Shown here: in pieces, positions 39,362-51,405 of the stretch
Numbering within the stretch: position 1 is the stretch's first letter
Layout of the letters: the number at the start of each line of letters is the position of its first letter
Assembly (NCBI GenBank): GCA_036172245.1
Contig: JAYWIR010000040.1
Coordinates: 1,116,001-1,180,000 of the forward strand
DNA length: 64,000 nucleotides
Direction of reading: 5' to 3'
Source of the DNA: Raillietiella orientalis
Lineage: Eukaryota
The notes under the pieces: generated by a model
Databases searched by the model: none
What the model was told of the DNA's origin: nothing
The model's input: only the letters and a program-made list of their open reading frames with translations
Translations under genes and position numbers: made by a program

Positions 39362-42300
39362 TCACACCATGCGATGGACATGCCGCATTTGGCGTTTGTG
39401 ATCACAAGACCAAGACTTAGATTTGGCGCGAAAGTGCCGGAGATCTGACTGGTGGTTGGGGTGGAGCATGGGGGTGTACCCCTGGGGCTCGCAGAGGTGC
39501 GGGTAGCTACTGTAGAACTGATGGTAGCCCCCTTCGAGCAAATACAACTCGGGCCAGTGGAGGGATGGGTAAGAGTCCTTGTTGACTTCGCGGTCCGAGT
39601 TGCGCAGGAACCGAGACATGGTGGGGCCGCGCTCCGAGGAGAATTCGCAGTGGAAGACGAGTATCCCCCGCTCGGGGGGCATGCACTGGGGCACGGAAGG
39701 CAGCTCCGATGACTGGGACAGAAGGGACTCGACGATCTGTGCTCGGGTGTAGAGGTTGACGGCGGACCGTATGTGACCCGCGTGGTACTCGTAGGGATAC
39801 CTGGGGTGGAAGAAAAACACGAAACCAGTCGACGCCCGATTCCCCCAGCCCCAACCCCACCCGCCGTACCTGCAGTCGATCACCATGTAGCTGTCTACGA
39901 CGTGGTCAAAGTCGCCCGATATGAGCTTGGCGAGCGTTTCGCAGGATATGCTGCGCAGGTCGCGGTGCCTGCCGTTCACCAGGGGCAGGCTGAATGACCG
40001 GCTGAAGTCCCCGATCAGGTCCGGGTTGCAGGAGGACCGGTGCACGGCGCGCTTGATGACAGCCTCGTTGGCCGACAGGCTGCGCGACACCCGGGTCACG
40101 CGGGTGCAGAACGAGTCCGTCTCGCGCAGGCAGCAGACTTTCTTGGGCCTCTTGGTGAGCACCGGCCTACGGAAGGAGCGGGGGGTGAAGTGAAGAGGCC
40201 GGGGGCGCCTCATTACGTCGTGGCCTGTTCGGACTCCAACGGACTTTTGGAAGAAGTGGCACGCGGCGGCGACTCTCGGCTCCACTGCAGCGCTTGCCGG
40301 AAATTCGGGAACCTGCCCACTATCCTGCCGTTTATCAGGCTCGAGAAGCTGACCGGAAGCTGCGTGCTCTCGTCCTGAAACGAAGGGTCCTGGAAGTCTG
40401 GGATCCTCCCCCGCACGTCACGTGCGCAGGCGTACCAAATTTTTCTGTATGGCTTCCGCGAAGCCGTCGGTGGCAGCACCAGAGCTCGGCTCGGAAGATT
40501 CGGTCTTGCGACGCGGGGCGACACCGGAAGGAGCGGTGAACCTGAAGAGCAATGAGCATTCTTTAGCAACAAGTTGGCGGGGCCTCACTGGAAATCCGAA
40601 GCCTGGCTGCTGCTCTCTTCTACGAGGCTCCCAGCGTATCCGCTGTCTTGGGAGCAGTGGTCCACGGAGTCCTCGGTCTGTTCAGATCTCCTGGGCGCGA
40701 AATAGTCCGTGATGGTCAGGGATCTCTTGACCGGCGTGTGCACTTTGGATGTCGAGATCACGTTGGGGTTGTGTACACGCAAGCCCAAGGTCCTGCGCAC
40801 TTTGCTCTTCTTGCACGGGCTCGAATTTCTGAAGTGGGATAGAAACTCCGACATGGGAGACTTCCAAGTGTCCACACAAAACACGTTTTCCTTGTTCGTA
40901 TCTTCACTGGAGTTCCGCGTGCTGCAAATGACAACGACACTAGAGAGCGAACTTTTCCTTCGGAAAGAGGCAAAAGCGTAGGGAGAGGAAGAGAAGGAGG
41001 GGGGGGGGGGGAGGAATTAACAGCCAAGCCATCTTAAACAGGGGAGGAAAAAAGGGCGGTACCACGTGGCGTACGTGAGCATTTGGGGACAAGGGATAAG
41101 GAACAGAGGCAGCGGGCTCTTTCTTTCGCTGTTTCGCACGCCCGGAAGGAAGGAAGGAAGTACCATCTCCCATCCTGCGCGCGCGCATAAAGAAACTCCC
41201 AAGGAAAAGGGCGCAGATTTTTCACGAGTGGAAAATGAGTTTTTTTTTTTTTCCCCCCCCCCCTTCTTTCTTTCCTTTTTACCTTATGTTGGAGGCTGGC
41301 CTGAACTCCATTGGAAAATTCACGCAATCCAACGAACCTACAACATAACGGAAAACAGCAATGATTAACACAAATGGTACTTGCAAACGCGCGCGCGCGC
41401 GTGCGAAAAGGGCAGCAGGAAAAGATCCGTTTCCTTCGGTTTCCCGCAGCCCAAACGCGCACTCCCAACGCGGGAAGGAAAGGAAAATCGGCGATTTTCG
41501 TCCAGATGATGTCTTCGCCGTTGCATGGGAACGGGCGCATGTGATGAGGCCACCGCCTTCACCGAGCCTTTGGTACGCAAGCCTGAAGGGGGGGGGGGGG
41601 GGAGGAGGAGGAAAGGAGAAGAAGAATCAGCTCGCGTCGACGCCACGCAGACGCTTCGTCCGCCGCCGCCGAGAAAAAACACCCTGCCAACGACTTGCAG
41701 ACGAAGTCCCGGCCTTCCGACGTGAAAGGATGCACGTCGGAAAAAGACGACGACACGCGTGGCCAACGATCCCGCAGGGGGGGGGGGGAATCTCCCGAGA
41801 CCCCGAGTGCGCGGCGGCCCTTTCCAGCCTCGCTGCGTCCCTGCCGAAGAGCCGCCCGTTCGACGGGCAACTCGCTCCAAACGGGAGGAAGCCGATCCAT
41901 GCGGGGAGGTCCGAGGCCCGCGCGACCTCGCCAAAAAAAAGAGCCCCCCCCCCCCTCGCTCGTTCTGCCGGACGGCTGACCTCGGGGATGGTCAAGTGGC
42001 GCGACCGCCGCCTGAAGCAGCTGTTTTCTGCTGCTGCACTCGGGTGGGAGAAGGGCTTCGCTTGGATTTCGAAAGAGAATCGCAGGAACTCTCTCCGAAG
42101 CGATCCCCCGGATGGTGACCGACAGATGCAGCTCGCAAGCCGACGGAGGCAGTGGAGTTAGAAGGAGGGGAGGGGGGTGGGAAGAGAGAAGAAGAAGAAG
42201 AAGAAGAAAAAAAAAAGGTCCTGCTTGCGAACGAGTGACCCTCGCCTCGGCCCGTGCCGAAGAGGAAGGAAAGGGCACCGCCGCCGTTATCGAGAAGCGC

Positions 42301-42491
42301 GGGATCAAAGAAGATGAAAGAAGCAGATTGCACGTACTCTCTTCGGGCGCCGAGTTGGCCTCCGGGCCGGACTCGGCGTAGCTGAGAAGTCTTCTGGAGA
42401 CCAAAGCAGCACTCTCGAAGTTGGCGGCGAGGCAGCTGATGGGCGAAGCAGCGGTTTCCTCCGGAGGTTCACGTTGTCCCGGACACGCCAT
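39362..42491 (-). CDS. CDC25: M-phase inducer phosphatase Cdc25 (string-like), ~513 aa
   Basis: Minus-strand exons 42491-42338, 41337-41283, 40921 (or 40957)-40589, 40541-40436, 40374-40217, 40166-39870, 39800-39362, all phase-consistent. Rhodanese domain: DLIGDFS..LP..GRHRDLRSIS, IDCRYPYEY..GHI, active site FHCEFSSERGP, WPELYLLEGGY, FRAKSKSW. The N-terminal exons are less certain than the catalytic ones. Confidence 0.95.
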
Positions 42492-42901
42492 GTTGCACAC
42501 AGGATTGCACTTGGAAGATATATCTTATACGCTCTTTCTCTCTTTCTCCCTTTTTTTTTTTTTTTCCTCCTGTCGTTGCCCCCGATTTGCAGCCAGAGAT
42601 CAGAATTGCACACTTGATTCCTGAAAACACGAGATCATGTTGCAGAGGGAGCGCGTGGTTTGGCGAGAGGACGGGGGGGGGGGCGAGGGGAGGGGGGCAC
42701 GCGAATCCGGCGGGCCGGCACGGCTTCGTGCCGCACGCCAGCCAACTCTCCACGGGTTGACACGGCGGCGGCACGTTTCGAACGGCACGCCAGCGATCGC
42801 GCTGGCGCCCACGCTCGCCGCTTCCTTGGCAAACTTTCCGAACGAACGCGATCGTTCTCGGCGCCCAAACAAAGCGTTAAAGTCCAAAAATGTGTAACAA
42901 T

Positions 42902-42933
<32 letters not shown>

Positions 42934-43125
42934 TACATACATATACACACACACACTGACACTTTGCACAGCAACATTCACTTGCTGGATGATGATGTGT
43001 GTGGTGGGAGCGCGCGTGCGCAAAAAGGAAAAAAAAAAAAAAAAAAAACGAACTGATACACCACCACCAACACCACCACCACCACCACCACCACCATCGC
43101 CGCCGCCGCCGCCGTCACCACCTCC
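42902..43125. repeat. Simple repeats (CA)n/(CATA)n and (CAC)n-(CGC)n in the Cdc25 5' region
   Basis: Directly visible at 42902-42957 and ~43059-43125. Confidence 0.9.
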
Positions 43126-43339
43126 ACACAACGGGCAAAACACGTATGCAGATAGGTGGTCTCTCCTACTCCTGCTGCACGCCACACACGGTTCGGCAAT
43201 TCGTGGACGCGCACGCTTTCGGTGGACACCGCCGCTGCATCCGAAGTGGCACGACCAACCACCCTTCCCTCCGGGGGAGACGCACTTCCATGTATCACGC
43301 CAAAATAAGATCCAAACTCTCAATGATCAACTTCACCGC

Positions 43340-43480
43340 AAACTCACTTTGTTTGAGAGCCAAAACACGTCATCCGCGGAGCAGCCAATGGGAAACTCGA
43401 TCTCCGAACACGGCATTGTGGGAAGCCGATGGTTGGTGGGAGGAGCCAAGATTCGCGCGAAATTGTGTTTACATGCGTGT
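43340..43480. promoter_or_regulatory. Putative bidirectional cell-cycle promoter shared by Cdc25 and SLBP
   Basis: Lies between the divergent ATGs (42491 minus, 43954 plus). Contains CCAAT (~43385), near-palindromic E2F-type TTCGCGCGAAA (43452-43462) and forkhead-type TGTTTAC (43466-43472). Confidence 0.55.
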
Positions 43481-43953
43481 CCCTGCAATGCTGCTGCTGC
43501 TGAGGTGAAGTTTGATAAGGCAGCCAGCCTGGTGTCAAACCAAATTTTCATGGATTTTGCCTTATTCCCATAGTCGTTTGTTTGAGAAAAAACCCTCAAA
43601 CGAAATGTAAGGGAAACAAACAGGCTGGTAAGCGGAATAACACACTTTTAAGGCTCCTAATGACATGAGCAAAGCAGTAACGTTTTAACCCACCCGAAAG
43701 TCATGAGCAGTTATGTGTTTGTAATTCATTACCTGGTGATAGCTTGTTTGTATTTGAATGAGCATTCTTGTGCGTGTGCGTATTTGCAACTGGTTTATTG
43801 TGGCATTTATTTAGTATTCACATTTTTAGTAGATTAAAAGCACTTACCACCATGCAAGGTTTGCTTAAGGCCCTGCTGTAAATTGTAAACGTTCTTTATT
43901 AGCAAGTTGCAGACAAAATTTGCGAATCACTTAAGCTTCTGGCTTAAAACGCA

Positions 43954-44838
43954 ATGTTCACAAGCAGCTGGTATGAGATGTCAAATGAAGAAAATGCAGA
44001 ACAGGACTTCAGAAATAAAAGATTAAACCAGCAGTCGGTTCTCAGTCATTCACAGTTGAATGCCAGAAAAAAATCAAGAATAGTGAATTCTCAGGAACAC
44101 ACAGGGAAAAGCAGGTGATTAAAATTGGTGCTGTTGAGTTTATTTCCTTGTATTCCTTTTCTTAATAGCTACGAGGATAAAAAAACCAGTGAAAATCACT
44201 TGCTTCAAAACAGAAGGAACAATCGAACAAGTTTGTGCGATACTATGCAAATCAGAAATCCCGATAGGAGAAAGTTTATGTCAGACACAAAAAAAGAAAA
44301 ACTGGAAACTGATCCCACTGTTCTCAAACGACGACAAAAACAAATTGATTATGGGAAAAACACTCTCGGTTACGAAAGATACTGTCAACTTGTACCAAAG
44401 TTTGTATAAATCTCCATCACTGATGCACATAGCATTGTTTAATATCTATATGTTTAATATAATAATTTAATCATAGCTTCAGATCACTGCTTAGAAAGAG
44501 TGCATTGTGACATTGTGTGTGAAAGCATTAAATTAAAGAACTGTTGCTAGCTCTACGTAATTCTTTAGGGAAGAGAGAACTTTGAACCATCCTGAAACAC
44601 CTAAAAAATATTTGAAGTACAGCAGACGCTCATGGGATCAAATAATTAAACTATGGCGACTGCGCTTACATTCCTGGGATCCTCCAGAAAGCAATGCTTC
44701 AATTAAAACTCAGTGAGATGTAAAGAATAATCTGAACAGTTTAATTTGCATTTTCCATTTTACAGATCTGAGCAAAGTTCTTCGGATCTTTCAGAGTTGC
44801 TTTCCCTTTCTGATTTCACAGATTCCAGTCAGCCATAG
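43954..44838 (+). CDS. SLBP: Histone RNA hairpin (stem-loop) binding protein, ~202 aa; start codon uncertain
   Basis: Exons 43954-44114, 44169-44399, 44569-44712, 44766-44838. RNA-binding domain [64 protein letters not shown] is unmistakable. Acidic Ser-rich C-tail. Confidence 0.93.
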
Positions 44839-44896
44839 AACTATGCAGTAAAATTTGAAGTGATGTAAATACAGATGTTTATGCAGAATCTTTTTG

Positions 44897-47800
44897 TTAA
44901 GACTGCAAACCATTCAGCTGAACCTTAAGTTCAGGATAATTTTTTTCAAATCTCTCTTTCAACTTTTCTATTCCAGGATAGTTGCATTCAATTACATATT
45001 TCAACACTTGCTTTAGGGGGGGGAGAAAAAAAAAAAAGTGAATTCACGAATTAGTATAACTCACTAAAGCATTTAATGGTTCCTGATTGATGATTAATTG
45101 TTCTGCCAGCTGTAACACTGCTGTAGAACTTAAGGGAGGCAAAAGCTTTCGTTTCGAAAGTTCAAAAACTTTCCATCCAAGATTGCCAAGATTCAGGGAA
45201 AGTGAAACACAAACCAACTGACTGAGTAGAGGTGCAGTAACCCTGGAAATTCATACATTAAATTTGTGCTTCTCATACAAAATGTTTGTGTATTCTCTTG
45301 AGATCACAGAATACAGAACAACAGGCTTACCATGGTCCTTTATAAGTATCAGTTTTTGCTTGCTCCATGCGACTGACCATGTCACAAACTACAGCCTTAT
45401 AGCTTTCCATGATTTTAGCATCTGTAGTTAAATTGTTTGCAATTGCATCTAACATAGATTGTACAATAGTCCGTTTGTTTGTATGATTAAAAGAAATTAA
45501 ATCTGACCATAAAGAGCCAAGATAGACTGAAGCTCCTTGGGCACTAACAGTCCCAATTATCATCTGAAAAATTCGTTCAAAAATGCCAGTGATTTTTTAT
45601 GTCAATGAATTCCAAAACTTCTTGAATATGAGGTTTGCAAAAATTACATACGCTTATAAAATTTTTTTGATATTATTTGGGTTGTACACGTTTTTGTAAC
45701 AGGTTGCATGCTGTTTTGCCAAGACCTACACGATAGCAACAAATATGCTCCACTATCAACATTATACAAAGAAGAAATTAAAAACTAAATCTATCCTTTA
45801 CTGATGTGACTGCCGTCCAAATTTTTCTTCGAATTTGCAGGTGCTTTGTTCCACATTTAAAGGTAAATGCACAAAAACAATTATCTACAATGAACACCTC
45901 GGAATACAAAAATATTTGAAGGGTATATTTTCGATTCATTAAATATTTATTATCAGCAGGTGCAGGTAACTTGGAGTTCATTGAACATCTGCAAAAATAC
46001 TAAATGGGCAGTTATGTAAAGGATCAGAATATAGGCATAAAATTTAATAAGAGGAAGTATGTCTTGGAGCTGTAATATGGTGTGCTCATACTATATCTTA
46101 AATGTGAAGCACTCACAAATCGGTACAATTGTAAATAAAAATTACAAAAACACAATAACATTGGAAATGATAAAGGACTGGAAATATCATACATAAACAT
46201 GCATGATATTATGCCATAGGGACTAACCTCCATGACTGCAACTTCAGGTGTATATATGTGAGGAACTAACTTGAAGTAATGCTGAAAAAGTCTGTCTATA
46301 GGTTCGAACTTGCAAAGCAACATGAAAAAATAACGGCTTGAGAAAAAAACATGAACAGTCAAATACACACTACTTACTAATATATCTCTTTTCTGTAACT
46401 GTGTCCCATCAGATTGTAGTTTCCTTTGAAGTGCACTAGTCTGTGAATACGATACGCCAAATTCATGTTCTAAAAGAACAGTCACATATTAAGAGAAAGA
46501 GAGAGAGAAAAACAATATTCACTCACTTGCAATTGCAAATGACAAACGCTCATGGCTGCTGAAAAAAAACGAGTATCCTCAGGATGCACTACTGAGAATT
46601 CCTGATCTTCAATTTCATCCATAATATCATATAGAATCTTGCCACGATCTTGAGCTATTTCAAGTAAATTGTTCATGAAACAAAAACAAATCAGAAAACA
46701 ATTGCTTGGAATGTAATAATTTTCCAGGATTAAAATACATCCATAAAAAGGCTAAGTTTTATCTTCCCATTCAAATTCTGTACTACAGATTGAGTTTCAA
46801 ATTTTGTATCAGTTTTCAAAAAGCCTATAACTCCTTTGTTATTGGAACCAATATTTAAATTGTGCCACCTTAAGGAATCTAACATGTTTTAAATAATTTA
46901 AATGATTTTTAGTTTCACCTAATTTTTATTCTTCAATTCTTTTTAAATTTCTTTATAGATACTTTCCTATTACTATACTTTCGTATAATCATGTTTCATT
47001 TTCAGCATACAACCATAACTATAACATGCAATCAAAACTACAAAATTGACTACTTAATTCTTTGATTTTTCATTTTGTTTGATTTTTTTAAATATTGGTA
47101 AGCATTTCAAAGTCACTTTCGAAAAGCAGCAGCATTAGGAATTGATTATCATTCATTACTAATATCATCAGCATCGATTAGTAATGATAATTTTGAGTGG
47201 TATTCACTTTTCATACCGAAAATCCCTCAAAAGAGGTTTGGTACCTAGCACTTACGAACATGGTCCTCATATACATTCAAATGAAATCCGATTACATAAT
47301 CACTTTTAAATATACGTGCAAGTATATCTCAGATTATGGGTGTATGCATTAAGAAACCAGATATAACTTTTTTAGCTTCATACACCTATCTGTTCAAATT
47401 CTGTTCAAGGAGACAAAAGGAATATCTCATGCGTGATGTAAAATTATCGAATTGGAAAGGCAAATCCTTCTTAAAAATTTACCAGATAAAATGCATGATG
47501 CTAAATGCATTTTAAACCTTACACTTGTAAGACACACTTACACTTTAAACATTAATAATTCTTCTATTACCATCTTTTAAAGAGGCACGCAGCAAATAAT
47601 AATATGTAGCTAGGCTTGGCTTCACTCCAATAACATGAAATTCCGATAGAACTTGCAAGGACCTGGAAAAGTCCCCTGCATCTGAAGCACCAAATGCAAG
47701 CACTTTCATAACAGCATTCAGGGTATTGATGTCTGGGTATAAATTGGCATTTTTTATTCTCCAAAGAAGATCCTAAAATAAGCCAAACAAAAATGTGAAA

Positions 47801-50800
47801 GTAACTATACAAAAATGAAGTTGCACACTTTGACTATCAAAAAAAAAAAAAAAATGCTTTCCTGCATTACTTTATCTTTGTATAATTGAAGATGGATTTC
47901 ATTCAGTTACCCTGATTAATTTCCACTGTTCAGAAGATTTTTTCATTTGTAAAAGTACCAAATGTATCATCCAATTATAAGTTTCCAAATCTAAGAATTT
48001 AGGATCGGTACTTTCAAATAATGTCCATGCTCTCCTAAAATGATTATGCTTGGCTAGCCCACGAAGCATTGAGCAAACAGCTTCTGGATCTTTCTTGCTA
48101 ATTGAGTCATACACTTCATCCGCAAGGTTTCCATCTCTAATGAAATTGGTAATAAAGCAATCTGAGAAATAAAGCATAAAACAAGTATTTGTTTTATGCA
48201 TTTACAAGAAATTTGGAGAATCAATACGTTCTTTCACTGTTTTACATTTTTATTCAATATGTTTCTACTTTGAAAGCATGTTTTATTGGGATGTTTACTT
48301 TTTGGATTTGATGTTCTGCATATTAAACGTTTCCCGAAGAGAATTTGTATTTTACGATAAACAGATTATTAACAGATGTGGTCATGCCATATGTTCATGG
48401 AATTTCAATAAAATAGTGCTCTATTTACAGTGTAAACACATTCATAGTTTGATAAAAACCCATTGATCTCCCATCAACTGATTCCCTAAATAAACAATTA
48501 TCTTACATGTGCAAACAGCACCTCCAGTATAATTATTTATTGGCATCCAATCAAGAAACACAAAAATGTCATCCATTCATTAACAATTCAAATGTCAGCT
48601 CCCTCAGATTTGTTTAAACAAACATGAAATTTTGGACAGATTGCTAAACATGTTTACTAAATTTAATATTTTCTCTTCAACCAACTTTAATCTGATTACA
48701 TAAAAACTAAGCAATAGAAACAGCTAATAATGTAATATAATAGAAGTGCAGCTTTTTCATCCAAATAACTGCATATTAATATGCTAATTATTGCAAACCA
48801 AAAACACATTTCTGTAGAATAATGAAACTTATGTCAAACAACTTTAGTAAATGATTTAAATGCAAACTTATGATTTATATGAATTAAAATCATTGGCACT
48901 ACCATTCATAAGGATTCATGCATTAAAGAGATACACTGCAAAGCACCTGGGAATAAAATATGGTATTCATAAACCAAATCTGAAAATAAACTCTAAGCTC
49001 CAGGCTCTGCTGAAAATGCATTGTGACCAAGACCATGTAACATCAATTAAATATAAATCATTGTTTCAGTTTACTTGCTTTCTTATTTAATTCAGATAAT
49101 TATCCATGGAAAAAAAGAATGAAATAACAATACTACAATCAAATAAAATTAATATTTACTTCCACATATTCATGTCTCGTGAATGTCGAGAATCAGTCTC
49201 TTGCAATGTTCGTTCTTCAATCCATTCCTCATCCAGGACTTCTTTACAGTTGTAATAACACAGTAACTGCAGAAACTTTTTTTTAACTTCATCAGTGATA
49301 CCTAAAATTGCCTTTCTTAATAGCCTATTTAATTATACATCAGTAGCATTGATATCATAATTCAATGCAACATTCCATTTAGCACAGTAAGTGTTTGCTT
49401 TGGATTCTCAATTCTAGGAAAAATCTAATAATCTAACTGGCAAAAAAGCTATCAACATGGAAAACAAATTCCACCTTTCCTTAACTTTAGAATTGGAATG
49501 CACATGATAATATGAATGCAAAAGTTGTGCTGTAACTTGAACATTAAAAAACAAAATCTGTAATTAGCATAAAAATTAAAAAGAAGCATGCTACTTGCAT
49601 ACAGTAAAATTTCATAAAGCATCTCTTGAATCTAGATTTTATTACTAATTTCACATTTTACTGAGATAAACTACATCTGAAACAAGAGGTGAAAGTCATA
49701 AATTGCATCATCATGGAAGCAATGAAAGATTTTCTTAATCAAAATACAGTAGATTTCTACTACCATCTCACCCAATACCACAGCTTTGTGTGGAGTTGAT
49801 AATGATAATTAATTCATATGTTAGTTAACATGAACTTACATACTCTTGTGTATTTATTTGAAACATGACCACCAAAAACTTGTAACTTTAGCCCATGCAA
49901 ACCACAAACCATTTGTATGAATTTAGAAAATCAACTTCATTTAAAGAAAAGAAATATTTATATTTTCATGATGCAGCATTTCCATTATTACATAGATTAT
50001 TTCTGCTATATGAACTTTCGTCACAAATTAACTTGTAAGGGAGTTCAGATATTACACAATATTACAATATTTCTGATTAGAAATTACTATGCAGAATTCA
50101 ACAGAAACACATTTATGAAAAAAAAAAACAAAAAAAAACTGTATGTTTTTTTACACAGTTACTCACCAGTTTCACACTTTTGCAACTTTCTGTATACAAC
50201 AGTGGCATTGGAAATATCCCTATCCTGAACTAAGTTCATCAAAGTTTCCTCTGATGCTTCAGAGTTCTCATCATATGAAAGTTGAGGTGCAAAAGCCTAA
50301 ATAAAAGGCAGACTTAATATTTAAAGATCAACAGGACGAAATATGTGTAGATTCACCGGTTCATGCATATTTAATTCAAGTATCAACTTAATTTGGACTT
50401 CACCTTCAATACGGAGATAACTTCTCTGGATATAATGAAACTACCATTACACTTTAAAAACATCGAACCAATTTAAGTGCTATTTCTGCTCTAGAAAGCT
50501 ATTATCAGAAATATAAAATATACTACTAAATTTTTGTGATTAAAAACAAATATGAAAACATGTAAGCTATCCATACACATATACCTCAATAAAAGGTTCT
50601 GCATCCCTGTGTTGGAAGAGGTCCCTATGAGTGTCTCTAATCCATCTGGCTGCTTTTCTGCCTGATTCCTTTGCTAGAGCATACTGCTTCTTTGTCAAAG
50701 CCGACAGAGGTATTAAAAATGGATCATCATGATATTTGTAGTGTGCTGCTGTGTAATCAGCACCTACAGTACTGCTCAATGCCTGCAACAGACTTTTGCT

Positions 50801-51405
50801 TATTTTGATATCACTGAATAGTCCACATTTATTAGTACTTAATTGATTCTCTATGGAGAAACATATAACAATAGAGCATTAGAAAACAATTCAATTATTA
50901 TGAAGACATGGAACATAGGAAACATTCCTGGTATGACAATTATATGGGGACAGAGTAAAATGTAGGGGCACAATTCTACTACTATTTAAGTATATTGAAA
51001 AAAGAAAATACGTAAGTATGCTTCGACAATTATTTCAATTTTTTTTCAATATGCATGAGCTATTAGCCCTGTGGTTATTTCAGTTATGTGGGAATTCAGC
51101 CATCGATCAATTAAAATTACCTTCAGTATATCTGTAGGTCCTCTGGGTATTCTCTTGGGTATAACAACATCTTCCGGAATAACACAATAACTGCGTTTAT
51201 TGCCAATTTCTAGGGTTTTGCAAATTGTAGGGATCCTAAAATGATAATGCATGGATCAGCAATCAATTTGAAAAAGGATCACAAACTATTCACTGAGCCC
51301 CAATAGAAGAAAACCGTTTTTCATTATGACTTACCATTCTGAGCGTGTGAAGAGAATTCTATTCATTAATAAGTTCAAATTATAAGTACGTTTCTTTATC
51401 AACAT
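44897..51405 (-). CDS. PTCD3: Pentatricopeptide repeat domain protein 3 / mitoribosomal mS39, 645 aa
   Basis: 13 phase-consistent minus-strand exons: 51405-51335, 51235-51121, 50782-50585, 50296-50167, 49301-49160, 48136-47911, 47772-47571, 46654-46527, 46469-46378, 46336-46228, 45563-45331, 45242-45065, 45010-44897 (TAA). Motifs IPKRIPRGPTDILKAL, TAAHYKYHDDPFLIP, ALAKESGRKAARWI, LLCYYN..DEEWIEER, PPR-like PDINTLNAV and VKPSLATYYYLL, LVPHIYTPE. Basic N-terminus fits a mitochondrial presequence. Confidence 0.93.

Noticed and set aside
42999..43508. Poly-Lys/His/Arg ORF resembling a His-rich transcription factor
   Set aside because: Translation of A-tract and (CAC)n/(CGC)n simple repeats in the Cdc25 leader/promoter.
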